DNA of 64,000 nucleotides from Acutalibacteraceae bacterium. Its GTDB lineage: Bacteria; Bacillota; Clostridia; Oscillospirales; Acutalibacteraceae. Location of the stretch: NCBI GenBank assembly GCA_045638005.1, contig JAZUAN010000059.1, positions 1,136 through 65,135 of the forward strand. The letters run 5' to 3'. Positions within the stretch are counted from its first letter, which is position 1, and each line of letters begins with the position of its first letter. The notes under the pieces are model-generated. The model did not search any database, was not told the origin of the DNA, and worked only from the letters and a program-made list of their open reading frames with translations. The position numbers and the translations under genes were made by a program. Positions 35,358-44,791 of the stretch are shown piece by piece.

Positions 35358-37070
35358 ATGGATAATCAAAAACTTTGTATGAGCTGTATGCGTCCGCTGT
35401 CCGAGACGGATACTACTTGCCCGCATTGTAAATATACGGTCGGGAAACAAAACCCTGCCGGCTATCTGTCTGCCGAGACGGTGCTGCAAGACCACTATAT
35501 CGTAGGGCGCGCACTCGGCTCTTATGGTGATGCCTGCATTTATATGGGCTATGATAAGATGCTCAAAAGCGCGGTGTTTATCCGCGAATTCTTCCCCGCT
35601 GATTTCTGTGAGCGCACAGAGGAAAACGCTGTTGTGCCGGTTGCCGGTAAAGAAGAAGATTTTGAAGCCTGCCGCGAAAGCTTTTATGCCAATGCGCGCG
35701 CACTGGCAAAACTGAAAGATCTGCCCTCCTTGTTGCCGCTGTATGATATTTTCGCCGACAACGATACGGTGTATGCCGTATACGATTATTGCGAGGGATA
35801 TTCGCTTTCCCGCGAACTCAAAGCCCGCGGCGGTCGTATGCCGTGGACAGAGGTGCGCCCGCTGTTTATGCAGTTGATGACCTCTATCTCCGCATTACAT
35901 CGCGCAGGGGTATATCATCTCGCTATCAGTCCCGAAACCATTTTAGTAGGCGAGGACGGCAAACTGCGTCTGCGCAGCTTTGCTATTCTGCAGGCGCGCC
36001 GCGCCGGCACTCCTATTAAGCCGCGCTTTTCGCCCGGCTTTGCCGCACCCGAGCAGTATACTGCGAACAAGGAATGCAGCGCACCCGCAGATGTGTACGG
36101 TCTTGCCGCCACTATCTTTACCGTCCTGACCGGAAACGTGCCGCCGGAGGCACCTCGCCGCGCACACGGTTCGCAGGATCTGTTCCTGCCCGCAGAGGTT
36201 GCGGATGAACTGCCGGAGGGCGTAAGTCTTGCCTTGTTCAATGCTTTGCAGACCGATCCTGCAAAGCGTCTCCAAACAGTAGACGCCCTGCGCAACGCGC
36301 TTTCCTCCGAGCCGGCTATGAATGCCCTTTTGGAGGATGCTGCCCAAGAGCAGGTCGAAGAAAAGCCCAAGGAAAAGAAAAACCACTATCCGCTGTATAT
36401 CGGCATTTCGGTATTTGTCATCTTGGCAATTGCCGCCGGTATTTTACTGTGCGTACTGTTCCCCGAATATGCACCGCAGTTGGGTAACGATACCAAGGAA
36501 ACAACACCCACTTCTCAGGGAACCACCACCAAGCCCACCAAAAAAACCACCACCTACGTGGATCCCGAAAGCGTGTATTCCGTTCCGAATATGGTGGGCA
36601 AAAACTATTTCTCCGAGAAAAACAATACCATGACCGGAGATTTTCAATTGCAGGTCTCGTACATGAAATACGACAACGAGAACGTGAAGGGCACCATTCT
36701 GTCGCAGGAACCCAAAGAAGGTACCAGCGCGAAGGCAGGCGCCACTATCACGGTGGTTATCAGCATGGGTTCTGAAGACTTGACAGTACCGGATGTCGCC
36801 GGCTGGCCGCAGGAATACGCCACTAAGTATTTGGAAGCGCTTGGCTTTAAAGTAGATGTGCTACTCGTCAATGTTTCCGAATACGATAAAGGTATAGTAG
36901 AAGGCACCGATCCGCTTCCTGAAACCGCATTGGGCGTAGGCGACACCGTCACCCTGCGCGTGAGCAACATGGAACAGGAAGATCCTACCGCCCCGTCTGA
37001 CATGGAAGACATCGACGGTAACGATGAAGAGATTGATGACAACGCTGAAGGCGTTGATACCGAAGAATAA
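35358..37070 (+). CDS. membrane protein with N-terminal zinc ribbon, degenerate Ser/Thr-kinase-like domain, TM helix and two PASTA-like repeats (predicted pseudokinase)
   Basis: 570 aa from MDNQKLCMSCM.... APE and DVYGLA motifs are kept. VAIK-Lys, HRD-Asp, catalytic-loop Asn and DFG-Asp are replaced (R76, H187-L-A, T194, S207-F-A). Confidence 0.7.
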   Translation: MDNQKLCMSCMRPLSETDTTCPHCKYTVGKQNPAGYLSAETVLQDHYIVGRALGSYGDACIYMGYDKMLKSAVFIREFFPADFCERTEENAVVPVAGKEEDFEACRESFYANARALAKLKDLPSLLPLYDIFADNDTVYAVYDYCEGYSLSRELKARGGRMPWTEVRPLFMQLMTSISALHRAGVYHLAISPETILVGEDGKLRLRSFAILQARRAGTPIKPRFSPGFAAPEQYTANKECSAPADVYGLAATIFTVLTGNVPPEAPRRAHGSQDLFLPAEVADELPEGVSLALFNALQTDPAKRLQTVDALRNALSSEPAMNALLEDAAQEQVEEKPKEKKNHYPLYIGISVFVILAIAAGILLCVLFPEYAPQLGNDTKETTPTSQGTTTKPTKKTTTYVDPESVYSVPNMVGKNYFSEKNNTMTGDFQLQVSYMKYDNENVKGTILSQEPKEGTSAKAGATITVVISMGSEDLTVPDVAGWPQEYATKYLEALGFKVDVLLVNVSEYDKGIVEGTDPLPETALGVGDTVTLRVSNMEQEDPTAPSDMEDIDGNDEEIDDNAEGVDTEE

Positions 37071-37085
37071 GAAAGGATAAATCAC

Positions 37086-38357
37086 ATGGCACAAGTAGTA
37101 CCCTACCGCGCGTTACGTTTCACCGAGAAAGCGGGCAGCATCGCACAGCTGACCTGTCCGCCGTACGATATCATCTCGGAGGAACAGCGCCAAGCATTTT
37201 TACAGCAAAACCCCAATAATATCATCCGTTTGGAATTGCCGCGTGATGGCAAGGAGCCTTATAAAGTTGCCGGAGATATTCTGCACCATTGGCTCGAAGA
37301 CGGTGTGTTACAGCAGGACGATGCACCCGCTTTTTATATCTACGACATCACCTTTGATGTAGATGGTGAAAAGCATATCACCGGTCTTGTAGGCAGGGTG
37401 CACTTAGAAGAATTCGAAAAAGGGATCGTGCTGCCGCATGAATTTACCCTTTCCAAAGCGAAAGCGGATCGCTTGCAATTGATGCATGCCACCGGCTGCA
37501 ATTTCAGCAACATCTATTCGCTATATCGCGACGATGACCCTGCATCTCCCATCCACGACGTTATGCAACTCGCAAAGGATGCTGCTTTGGTGCACTCCCT
37601 GACCGATGAGGCGGGACTCACCCATCGCTTATGGGTGTTAACAGATGAAAGCAAGACTGCCGCCATCACCGCGGCGTTTGCTGATTTAAAATTGTATATC
37701 GCCGATGGACATCACCGCTATGAAACCGCGCTCAACTATCGCAACGAGCTGAAAACGAACGGAAAGTGGCAGGAGGATGCGGATTACTGTATGATGATGC
37801 TGGTGGAGATGAGCCACCCCGGCTTGGTGGTATTCCCCACCCACCGCATTGTGCGCGACCTCCAAAACTTCTCCTCCGAAAAGCTGCTGACCGCTTGTGC
37901 CGAATACTTTGATGCACAGGAAATGCCGCTTTGCGCATTGCAGGCAGGTCTCGACGCCGCTTACAAGGCGGAGAAAAAAGCGTTCGGGTTTTACGATAAG
38001 ACTCGCGCGGTGCTGTTGACCCTCAAAGATACCGCTGTGATGGATACGCTGCTGCCCGACCTTTCCGCCACCTCCCGTCAGTTGGATGTGACCGTACTGC
38101 ATGCGCTGATTTTAGAGCGTCTGCTCGGTATTGATAAGGAAAATATGGCAAATCAAATAAATCTCACCTACACCCGCGATACGGATGAAGCGGTAGGTGC
38201 GGTGGATGACGGTAAAGCTAACTGCTGTTTCCTGCTCAACCCCACCCGCGTATCCGAAATCCGCGACGTAGCAGCTGCCGGAGAAAAGATGCCGCAAAAA
38301 TCGACATATTTCTACCCGAAACTGATCACCGGACTGACTATGAATAAAATTCTGTAA
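37086..38357 (+). CDS. DUF1015-family protein
   Basis: 423 aa. The YRALRF...PPYDIIS N-terminus and IADGHHRYETAL motif are typical of DUF1015. Confidence 0.75.
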   Translation: MAQVVPYRALRFTEKAGSIAQLTCPPYDIISEEQRQAFLQQNPNNIIRLELPRDGKEPYKVAGDILHHWLEDGVLQQDDAPAFYIYDITFDVDGEKHITGLVGRVHLEEFEKGIVLPHEFTLSKAKADRLQLMHATGCNFSNIYSLYRDDDPASPIHDVMQLAKDAALVHSLTDEAGLTHRLWVLTDESKTAAITAAFADLKLYIADGHHRYETALNYRNELKTNGKWQEDADYCMMMLVEMSHPGLVVFPTHRIVRDLQNFSSEKLLTACAEYFDAQEMPLCALQAGLDAAYKAEKKAFGFYDKTRAVLLTLKDTAVMDTLLPDLSATSRQLDVTVLHALILERLLGIDKENMANQINLTYTRDTDEAVGAVDDGKANCCFLLNPTRVSEIRDVAAAGEKMPQKSTYFYPKLITGLTMNKIL

Positions 38358-38445
38358 ACTGAAATACACCGGATGTACACAAAATTCTTTTATACTGACT
38401 TAGATGAACTTAAATACATAATTCACGTTTGAATAGGAGGAAACA

Positions 38446-39414
38446 TTGCAAATGATCGAGGTGCAAAACCTGACTAAGCATTATGGCTCTCACTGTGCGG
38501 TGGACCATATCAGCTTTAAAGTCAATGAAGGCGAGATCCTCGGATTTCTCGGCCCCAATGGTGCCGGCAAATCCACCACTATGAACATCCTTACGGGATA
38601 TCTTTCTTCCACCGATGGTTCGGTAAAGATCGGCGGCTATGATATTCTGGAGGACCCCAACGCGGCAAAAGCCAATATCGGCTACCTGCCGGAGCTGCCC
38701 CCGCTGTACATGGACATGACCGTGCGCGAATATCTGGACTTTATGTACGATCTCAAAAAATGTAAGCTTCCTCGTGCGGAGCACATTGCGGAGATCTGCA
38801 AAATCATGAAGATCGAGGATGTTTTCGGCAGATTGATTAAAAACCTTTCCAAGGGTTATAAACAGCGTGTCGGCATGGCACAAGCCCTCATCGGCAACCC
38901 GCCGGTGCTGGTGCTGGACGAGCCCACTGTGGGTCTTGACCCGTCCCAGATCATCGAGATCCGTTCGCTGATCAAAGCGCTGGGCAAGCGTCACACCATC
39001 ATCCTGTCCTCCCACATTCTGCCGGAGGTGCAGGCGATCTGTGATCGTTTGGTCATTATCAGCGGCGGCAAGATCGTCGCGGACGATACCGCTGAAAATC
39101 TCACCCGCACCCATTCCTCCGACCGTCGCTTGATGGTGCGTGTCGCAGGTCCTGCTTTCGAGGTAGAAAAGCTCATCCATGGTATCGAAGGCGTGAAATC
39201 CGTAAGTGCGCTCACCTCCCGCGAGGCAGGTACCACCGATTTCGCTATTGAAATCAAGGAAGGCGCGGATATCCGCTACACCTTGTTCGAGAGACTGGCA
39301 GATCGCAACTTCGCGCTGCTGTCCTCTCATTCCATGGAGAAATCCCTTGAGGATATCTTTATGTCCCTTACCAGTGAAAACTTTGCAAACAAGAAAGGAG
39401 GCAGCCGTAAATGA
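38446..39414 (+). CDS. ABC transporter ATP-binding protein (GldA-like)
   Basis: 322 aa. GPNGAGKST, LSKGYKQR, LVLDEP. Confidence 0.85.
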   Translation: MQMIEVQNLTKHYGSHCAVDHISFKVNEGEILGFLGPNGAGKSTTMNILTGYLSSTDGSVKIGGYDILEDPNAAKANIGYLPELPPLYMDMTVREYLDFMYDLKKCKLPRAEHIAEICKIMKIEDVFGRLIKNLSKGYKQRVGMAQALIGNPPVLVLDEPTVGLDPSQIIEIRSLIKALGKRHTIILSSHILPEVQAICDRLVIISGGKIVADDTAENLTRTHSSDRRLMVRVAGPAFEVEKLIHGIEGVKSVSALTSREAGTTDFAIEIKEGADIRYTLFERLADRNFALLSSHSMEKSLEDIFMSLTSENFANKKGGSRK

Positions 39415-40121
39415 GCGCAATATTCAAAAAGGAATTCCGTTCCTATTTTACGTCCCCTATCGGCTATGTTGTTTTAGCGATCATGTTCTTGTTCGCCGGC
39501 TTCTCCTTTTTTATGTACAATTTGTCCTACGGCATCATTTCGCTCAGCTATGTGTACCAAAGTCTGTACACGATCAATTTGCTGTTAGTGTTGCCGGTGC
39601 TGACCATGCGTTTATTCAGTGAGGAAAAACGCCAAAAGACCGATCAGGCGTTGCTCACCGCTCCCGCCTCCCTTTCCGGCATTGTGCTGGGCAAATTCTT
39701 TGCCGCACTCGTGCTGTTTGCGCTGGGTCTTTCTATCACACTGGTGTTTGCGATTATCATCGCATTCAAAGCCACCCCTCAATGGATGGTTATTATCGGT
39801 AACTATCTCGGTATGCTGCTGCTTGGCGGTATGATCATTGCGATCGGCATGCTGGTGTCTGCGCTTACCGAAAGCCAGTTCATTGCGGCGCTGAGCACCT
39901 TCGGTATCTCCTTTATGCTGATTTTGATGGACAACTTCAACTCTATCTTCTCCGGTGTTACCTGGATCAACACTATTATTTCTTTCGTGTCCATCAACGC
40001 GCGTTACTACAACTTTACGTCCGGCCTTATCAACTATGACGACCTTATCTTCTTCCTCAGCATGCAGGCATTGTTCATTTTCCTGACCATCCGCATGCTC
40101 GACCGGAAGAGATGGAACTGA
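39411..40121 (+). CDS. ABC-2 type permease (GldF-like)
   Basis: 236 aa, six hydrophobic segments, 4-nt overlap with the ATPase gene. Confidence 0.75.
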   Translation: MSAIFKKEFRSYFTSPIGYVVLAIMFLFAGFSFFMYNLSYGIISLSYVYQSLYTINLLLVLPVLTMRLFSEEKRQKTDQALLTAPASLSGIVLGKFFAALVLFALGLSITLVFAIIIAFKATPQWMVIIGNYLGMLLLGGMIIAIGMLVSALTESQFIAALSTFGISFMLILMDNFNSIFSGVTWINTIISFVSINARYYNFTSGLINYDDLIFFLSMQALFIFLTIRMLDRKRWN

Positions 40122-40140
40122 AAGGAGGCGCCATATCGCT

Positions 40141-41814
40141 ATGAATAAAGAGAACATACAGCCCGCGGAAACGCAGGCAGAAGAAATCACGCAAGCCGTC
40201 GAAGAACAGGCTGCGGTTGAACTTACAGATACCCAAACAACCGAAAAGAAGGAAAAACCGGCGCGCTCTGCGGATGTCCTCCGCCGTCTGCGTTACGGTC
40301 GCACCGCAAAGCTGCTGACCATAGGTGTGGTTATCCTCACCCTCATGTTCAATATTGTGTTTTCCATCCTGGGAGATCGTTTTTCGCTGACGCTGGATCT
40401 TTCCAGAGATAAAGTGTTCACCCTCAGCGATGAAAGCATTTCCATCGCCGAGTCGCTCTCCCGTCCGGTGGAGATCGTGGTGTTTGCATCTGAGGAAACC
40501 TTCTCCAACGTACAATCTGAAGACTCCGTCGCTTTTTCCGGCGGCATGACGCAGATCGCTACCGTGCTGTCCGAGTTTTATAATGCTACCAAGCACTACA
40601 ACACGCTGACCGACGGCAAGGTTACCACCACCTACATTGATATGAACCGCAACCCCACCGCGGTGACCCAATACAGCAATTACAAAAAAGATGAAGCGAT
40701 TGCAGAATATGACATTCTTTTCATCAGCGATGCACAAAGCAAGGTCATCAATATGAACGAAAGCCTTTTCACCTACGATGCCAGCGAATATTATTCCTCC
40801 GGTGTGCTGAACATTGAATCTACCGTTGAGCAGGCGCTTGCTACCAACCTCAAAGCTGTGCAGAGCACAAAGGCGCAGGTCATCACCTTCGCGACCGGCT
40901 ACGAAGAGGACACCAACACCTTACTTGGATTGCAGGATCTGTATAAGCTCAACGGCTATAACGTTGAGGAGGTCAATCTGACCAGATCCTCCGAAATCAA
41001 TGCCAACACCGTATGCCTGGTCATTCCCGCTCCCACCAAGGATTATTCTGCAGAAACCATCGAAAAGCTGCGCACTTGGTTGCATAATGACGGTAAAGAA
41101 GGCCGCAACTTAATGGTGTTCACCGATGCGTATGCGGATTGCAAGAATTTGTATGAGTTCCTCAACGTGGAATACGGCTTGGAGGTTACCGATAATCTCG
41201 TGTATGAAAACGATCTTAACAAGATGTATGCATACAACCCCTACTACGCCTACTCCACCATTGTTACCGGCGATTACACAGCCTCCTGTGGTGGCGGCGA
41301 CGTGCTGGCAGGCTTTACCCGCCAAATCATCCCCCATTGGGAAGAACAGACTGAGAAAAGCGTACAATACAGCGTTAATTTGGTAACCTTCTCTGAGGAG
41401 GCACAGATCATTCCGGTTAACAATGTCGACGCAGAGTCTACCCAAATTCCAGAGGGTACTGACTACGACGGCACCATCATCGGTATGGCAGTTGCCGTAA
41501 AAGAAGATTATCAGAACGCGTTGCAGGTAGCTACCACCACCAAGGTAGCCGTGTGCGGCAGCTCGTATATACCGCACCAGGTCTTCACCTCCATGAGCAC
41601 CTCGGACAACGAAGCGCTTCTTTTGGACAGCATGGCGAAGATCACCGGCAATACCACCTCTGTTAATATCTCCTCTAAATCTTTGTCAGAAGAAACTATC
41701 AGCTTCTCCACTACCACGCAGATCTTTGTGGGACTGGGCATCTTTACTGTTCTGCTGCCGCTCATCCTGCTGATTGTCGGCTTGGTCGTGTTCCTAAAAA
41801 GGAGGCATTTATGA
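40141..41814 (+). CDS. GldG-family ABC-transporter auxiliary protein
   Basis: 557 aa with N- and C-terminal TM anchors flanking a large extracytoplasmic domain. Gene order is A-F-G. Confidence 0.7.
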   Translation: MNKENIQPAETQAEEITQAVEEQAAVELTDTQTTEKKEKPARSADVLRRLRYGRTAKLLTIGVVILTLMFNIVFSILGDRFSLTLDLSRDKVFTLSDESISIAESLSRPVEIVVFASEETFSNVQSEDSVAFSGGMTQIATVLSEFYNATKHYNTLTDGKVTTTYIDMNRNPTAVTQYSNYKKDEAIAEYDILFISDAQSKVINMNESLFTYDASEYYSSGVLNIESTVEQALATNLKAVQSTKAQVITFATGYEEDTNTLLGLQDLYKLNGYNVEEVNLTRSSEINANTVCLVIPAPTKDYSAETIEKLRTWLHNDGKEGRNLMVFTDAYADCKNLYEFLNVEYGLEVTDNLVYENDLNKMYAYNPYYAYSTIVTGDYTASCGGGDVLAGFTRQIIPHWEEQTEKSVQYSVNLVTFSEEAQIIPVNNVDAESTQIPEGTDYDGTIIGMAVAVKEDYQNALQVATTTKVAVCGSSYIPHQVFTSMSTSDNEALLLDSMAKITGNTTSVNISSKSLSEETISFSTTTQIFVGLGIFTVLLPLILLIVGLVVFLKRRHL

Positions 41815-43469
41815 GCACCGAGATGTCAAAAGACGAACTGAACCTCGAAGAAAATACCATCGCTAAGACGGAGGAAATCTCCGTTCCGGCAGACCCCTTT
41901 GCTGCTTTCGCTAATCCCGAAATACGCACCAAAGAGGATCTGGAGGGTGACAAAAAAAAGAAAAAACGCATCTTGCTGATTTCTTTGATTTCCGTGTTCG
42001 TGCTGCTTGCCGCTGTCATCGTGCTGCTGGTATTCGTTTTCCCAAAAGAGGTGGAAGAAACCCCCGAAGACACCGCGACAGACACTTCGGTGGTATTGTT
42101 TGACAAAACCAATGCAGACGGCAGCAACGCCATCGCTTCTGCCGTTTTCAAGAGCAAGGATGACACGGTAGAAATCGTCAGCAAGGACGGCAAGTTGTAT
42201 GCCAAAGGCTATGAGGATCTCACGGCACACGCTATCAATATTAAGGATCTGCAAACATTGCTGACCAAAATGACCGCCTTAGAATCCATCGGCACGGTCT
42301 CCACGCTGGCGGATTTCGGCTTGGATAAGCCGCAGCTGACCGCTACCATCACCTACAACGATGGCTCCAAAAAGGTGTTGGAGATCGGTAATATGTCTCC
42401 CGATCAAGCCGGTTATTACATTCGCGAGCAGGACAGCATGGAGTTGTATATCTTAGATATCAACGACTTTGCGATCCTTTCGATGGATTCACTCGATTAT
42501 ATCAGCACCACCGTATTCTCCGAACCGGTTATTGAGAGTAGCGAAGAAGCGGAAACTGATGTTGTTTTACGCAAAATGACCTTGGGCGGCACGGCGCAAA
42601 ACGGCAAGGATTTCTCCTTCCGCTTGGTGACCTCCGAGGATGACGAGACCTTTATTTATTACAGTTATATTATTACCGAGCCATATCTCAAAGGTTCCAA
42701 TTCCGCTTATGACACCGATCTCGACGCCTTCACCACGCTCACCGCTTCTTCCGTAATAGCGACACATCCTACCGCAGAGAAACTCAAAGAGTACGGTCTT
42801 GATAATCCCTATTCCATCCTGACCTTCACGCTCGCTAAGCGCACCTCCATTTCCGGTGATGATGGCTCCGGCAACACCGTTTCGGTCACTACTCATGACG
42901 ATCTCATAGAGCACACCTTGCGTTTGAGCAAGGCGAACAGTGACTATTATTACGCAATGATAGACGATAAACCGATCATCTATCTGGTGCCGGTTGCAGA
43001 TATTCCTTTTGCGACCATGCAGTACGACGATTTTGCCGATACGCTGCTGTTCTTGGAGGATATCACGCAGATGGGTATGTTCAAGGTGAAGTCGCCCGAA
43101 AAAGAAACCGTTTTTGAGTTAGAGCATTTCGACAACATTACGGATACTGCGAAGAATCTGGTCGTCACCGTAGGTGACAAGACCTACGACACCATGGATT
43201 TCCGTTATCTGGTCAATAATTTCATGGACATCAAGCGGCACAGCGCCCTCACAAAAGAGGTGGACGGCTTACCGCTCAAGTTGGAAATCGGTATCTATCA
43301 CCGCGAAAAAAACGAGCCCACGCTCACCGTGAAGTTCTACGAGGTATCCAGCAATCTGTATGCTGCGGTACTCAGCAACGGTGAAAAATACCAGGTAAAG
43401 GCCAGCAAAGTCAACTTTGTAATTGAACAGTATGAAAATTATCTGAACGGAAAAACCGTATTACGCTAA
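41811..43469 (+). CDS. DUF4340-family membrane-anchored protein
   Basis: 552 aa. Single N-terminal TM helix after a KKKKR stretch. 4-nt overlap with the gldG-like gene, its usual partner. Confidence 0.65.
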   Translation: MSTEMSKDELNLEENTIAKTEEISVPADPFAAFANPEIRTKEDLEGDKKKKKRILLISLISVFVLLAAVIVLLVFVFPKEVEETPEDTATDTSVVLFDKTNADGSNAIASAVFKSKDDTVEIVSKDGKLYAKGYEDLTAHAINIKDLQTLLTKMTALESIGTVSTLADFGLDKPQLTATITYNDGSKKVLEIGNMSPDQAGYYIREQDSMELYILDINDFAILSMDSLDYISTTVFSEPVIESSEEAETDVVLRKMTLGGTAQNGKDFSFRLVTSEDDETFIYYSYIITEPYLKGSNSAYDTDLDAFTTLTASSVIATHPTAEKLKEYGLDNPYSILTFTLAKRTSISGDDGSGNTVSVTTHDDLIEHTLRLSKANSDYYYAMIDDKPIIYLVPVADIPFATMQYDDFADTLLFLEDITQMGMFKVKSPEKETVFELEHFDNITDTAKNLVVTVGDKTYDTMDFRYLVNNFMDIKRHSALTKEVDGLPLKLEIGIYHREKNEPTLTVKFYEVSSNLYAAVLSNGEKYQVKASKVNFVIEQYENYLNGKTVLR

Positions 43470-43571
43470 ACTCTTGTCAACACATTTTATGTTTTACATA
43501 AAATGTGTTGACTTTTTATTTTGAATCGTGGTAATATATAGTAGAATGTTTTTACAAAGGATGAATAGGTT

Positions 43572-44114
43572 ATGAAAAGATTTATTTCAGTAGCGTTAAC
43601 CTTTCTATTGCTCTTGGGTGTTTTTGCGGGTACTTTTAGCGTGAGTGCTGCCACCGAAGAGGATATTATCAAAACCCTCAGCGAGTCTCCTGTTTACAAA
43701 CACATTTCCGGCGACATCACACAGCTTGCGCGCAGCATGGATGCGACCGACGAACAGTTGGATGCGCTGCACGACATTGCCAAACGTTTTGCGGCTATGA
43801 AATTCTCCAGCAACGCCCCCTCTGCCCACAAATATACCGCCGCGGAGATCAAAGCGGTTCTTGCACTGGTTGATGAAGCCTGCGATGTGTTGGGATATAC
43901 CTATACTTTCGTTCCCAGCGACGACCCCAAGCATGTCCGTGACTTCGTGCTTGAAGTATATGATGCAAACGGCATGGTGTACTGCTTTGACGGCGACATC
44001 ATTGCAAAAACCGGCGGCGACCAGAACGCTCTGTATATCGCCATCGCGGCTTGCGGTTGCCTGCTGCTCGCCGGTGCTGCTATCGTTGCCAAAAAACGCA
44101 GCAAAGCCGTATGA
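43572..44114 (+). CDS. secreted protein with C-terminal sortase-type sorting signal (IAKTG + TM + KKRSK)
   Basis: 180 aa. Signal peptide ...FSVSA|AT. The C-terminus reads IAKTGGDQNALYIAIAACGCLLLAGAAIVAKKRSKAV. Confidence 0.65.
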   Translation: MKRFISVALTFLLLLGVFAGTFSVSAATEEDIIKTLSESPVYKHISGDITQLARSMDATDEQLDALHDIAKRFAAMKFSSNAPSAHKYTAAEIKAVLALVDEACDVLGYTYTFVPSDDPKHVRDFVLEVYDANGMVYCFDGDIIAKTGGDQNALYIAIAACGCLLLAGAAIVAKKRSKAV

Positions 44115-44791
44115 AAAGGTTACACATTTCAAAAGATATGAAAAAAACGGGCAAGCAGATCCTTCTGCTTGCCCTGCCTTATCTTTTGACATTTTTTGCG
44201 GTAGGGTGCCTCGCATTCAGCGGTGCTTCCATGCTCAAACAAGCGATTGAGAATTCTGTGCTCACCACCTTGTTTAACGCACCGGAACTGACCGATCAAC
44301 CCGAAAAAGAGATCGAACATATCACCTTAGAGGGCGACACAGTTTCCATAGACGAGTTTCCGATGCTCAAATGGGGTGATAAATGGGCGACCCTCTCGGT
44401 GGATGAAATGCCCGAAGCCAGTATCAACGGCGCAGAGGTGTTTGTCGGCGACAACCCCGCTATCTTGAAAAAGGGTGTCGGCAAATATTTCGGCTCGTAT
44501 TTCTGCGGTGAGGGTAAAAAAATCGTGATGTCCGCTCACGTAACCAAAGCGTTTTATTGTCTGGAAGATATGCAGGTCGGATACACGGTGCGTGTGCATA
44601 CGGTATACGGCGAATATGTCTACAAGGTGGACGAGATCTTTTTGTTTACCGTAGATGACAAGCATGTGGTACTGGATCCCGCAGAGCAGGAGGAGTTGCT
44701 TTTATACACCTGCTATCCCCGCGGCGTCGGCTACCGCAGTCAGCGGGTGGGCGTGCGCTGCAGTAAAGTGTCGGGGGTGGATTTCAGATGA
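44111..44791 (+). CDS. sortase-family transpeptidase
   Basis: 226 aa. ATGA overlap with the substrate gene. N-terminal TM helix, catalytic-type His (MSAHV), LLLYTCYP (TLxTC-like) and a downstream Arg. Confidence 0.7.
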   Translation: MKRLHISKDMKKTGKQILLLALPYLLTFFAVGCLAFSGASMLKQAIENSVLTTLFNAPELTDQPEKEIEHITLEGDTVSIDEFPMLKWGDKWATLSVDEMPEASINGAEVFVGDNPAILKKGVGKYFGSYFCGEGKKIVMSAHVTKAFYCLEDMQVGYTVRVHTVYGEYVYKVDEIFLFTVDDKHVVLDPAEQEELLLYTCYPRGVGYRSQRVGVRCSKVSGVDFR

